Source of the DNA: a virus
Taxonomy: Duplodnaviria; Caudoviricetes
IMG/VR virus record: IMGVR_UViG_3300042972_000018
Location: 1 to 35,263 of that record
DNA length: 35,263 bases
Direction: 5' to 3' (one strand)
In this document: positions 33,945-35,263 of the stretch, piece after piece
Numbering within the stretch: the first letter of the stretch is position 1
Layout of the letters: each line of letters opens with the position of its first letter
Notes under the pieces: model-generated
The model's database searches: none
What the model saw: only the letters and a program-made list of their open reading frames with translations
What the model was told of the DNA's origin: nothing
Program-made: the position numbers and the translations under genes

Positions 33945-34610
33945 ATGGGAAGTGTGACAGCGTGTGATATAATCTCTAAATTACTGAAATATTGTAATTT
34001 AAGCGCAAAAGCGTTTTCCGAAAAGATTGGCATAGAAAGACCGCAAGCCATATATGATATATTAAATGGCAAAACAAAATCGATTAGTCGGTCAATGTCA
34101 ATTAAGATTTTATCTGTATTTCCGGAAATCGACAAAGCGTGGCTTTTGACAGGCGAGGGCGAAATGTTGAAAGAAAAGAAAGAGCCTCAACCGGATGACG
34201 ATCATAAAGATTACGAAACGTACCTCTTGCCCATGACCGCTGCCGGAGGTAGTCTTGTGGGGTTTGACTCTGATGGCGCTGCTGCTGCCGACTGTGAAAA
34301 GATAATATCCCCGATAGCCAAAGTTAGCTTTGCCATTACCGTATATGGTGAAAGTATGTATCCGACTTATCCGTCAGGCAGTAGGGTTTTGATAAAAAAG
34401 GCTGACCCAAATGTTTTTATCGAATGGGGTACAGTATATGTCCTTGATACGCTAGATGGCATCGTGATCAAAGAGGTACATAAAAGCAAAGATCCGAACA
34501 AGATTATATGCCACTCCATCAATTCAAAATACGATGATTTTGAGATCAACATGTCAAACGTACGTGGGTGGTATAGAGTTTTGGCAAGTATCAATATAGT
34601 GCATCTATAA
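33945..34610 (+). CDS. cI: CI-like repressor (HTH plus S24 peptidase)
   Basis: N-terminal HTH, WLLTGEGEML, AAGG cleavage-site region, VYGESMYP catalytic Ser, VIKEV catalytic Lys. Confidence 0.92.
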   Translation: MGSVTACDIISKLLKYCNLSAKAFSEKIGIERPQAIYDILNGKTKSISRSMSIKILSVFPEIDKAWLLTGEGEMLKEKKEPQPDDDHKDYETYLLPMTAAGGSLVGFDSDGAAAADCEKIISPIAKVSFAITVYGESMYPTYPSGSRVLIKKADPNVFIEWGTVYVLDTLDGIVIKEVHKSKDPNKIICHSINSKYDDFEINMSNVRGWYRVLASINIVHL

Positions 34611-34639
34611 CCTAAAGGAAATCTGATAATTTAAATAAC

Positions 34640-35263
34640 TTGATCGTGAAAAAGAAATTATTAATTTTACTTTTACTCCTCCCTAGCATATCATGCTTTG
34701 CCTCAGGGAGCATTTGGCTTGATTTAAAAGATTCTGACGGCAGAACCATTATATCATTTTATCAAACTATTTATAGAACTGACTACTCAGGCGCCTGCGC
34801 TACTTATGACATGAATCTTGAAGAACATATAACCCCTAAAGATACATCCTTTTATCTTGGTATTGCTTTTGCAAATGTATTCCCTCATACTATGCCCGAA
34901 AAAGGCAGATTGCTCCTAAAACTCAGAAACGGTCAAAACTTATGTTTGTATTTGTCCAATAGACCGGCTTTACATGCATATATGTACATAGATGACGATG
35001 GAGATATTTATAATCTTGACCCTTTTGGTTATAAAATCCAGATGGTTTCGGGCTTATATCCTATCAGCAAAGATCAATTAGCGGAAATCGGATATGGCGT
35101 AACAAAAATAAGGATGGAACTAAAGGAAGAAAACGTGGAGGCGGAATTAGATCCAAAAGTCTTTGCGGACGCCTGTAAGGCATGCCTTGAAGACATATAC
35201 AACCATCTCCACCCCAAAAAGCACGAACCTCAAGACATGAAAACTTTTGAAAGTAATTTCTAA
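34640..35263 (+). CDS. Exported protein with signal peptide, probably co-transcribed with the repressor
   Basis: KKKLLILLLLLPSISCFA signal peptide; 29 nt after cI; ends at the window edge. Confidence 0.7.
   Translation: MIVKKKLLILLLLLPSISCFASGSIWLDLKDSDGRTIISFYQTIYRTDYSGACATYDMNLEEHITPKDTSFYLGIAFANVFPHTMPEKGRLLLKLRNGQNLCLYLSNRPALHAYMYIDDDGDIYNLDPFGYKIQMVSGLYPISKDQLAEIGYGVTKIRMELKEENVEAELDPKVFADACKACLEDIYNHLHPKKHEPQDMKTFESNF

Noticed and set aside
636-35263. Alternative genetic code / stop-codon recoding
   Set aside because: Genes are full length and tightly packed under the standard code, with TAA, TAG and TGA all used as stops.

Overview
Most of a temperate HK97-fold siphovirus prophage of a Bacteroidales host (host inferred from TAnnTTTG -7 promoters and protein style). 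Nearly all genes lie on the - strand. From right to left: cI/Cro switch with paired 17-bp operators; early and replication genes (Xis-like HTH, MazG-like, HNH, RusA-like, initiator with iteron ori); packaging (HNH, TerS, TerL); head; tail; a tail fibre with a near-exact 873-bp tandem duplication; a complete diversity-generating retroelement (target-avd-TR-RT); and a lysis cassette. The main finding is that the single 99-bp template repeat (3966-4064) serves two variable regions. VR1 is in the adjacent 304-aa gene. VR2 is about 26 kb away in a 177-aa gene of the early/replication region. All substitutions in both are at TR adenines, and each target has a downstream hairpin. Also seen: a four-copy GGGGGCAAAW-N14-GTnnnnnnnn motif before late genes (two with no leader), paralogous genes bracketing the DGR, an unannotated 42-aa ORF coupled to the RT, and a candidate ~80-nt sRNA. 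No integrase or att site is visible. All alignments were done by eye and no database searches were run.
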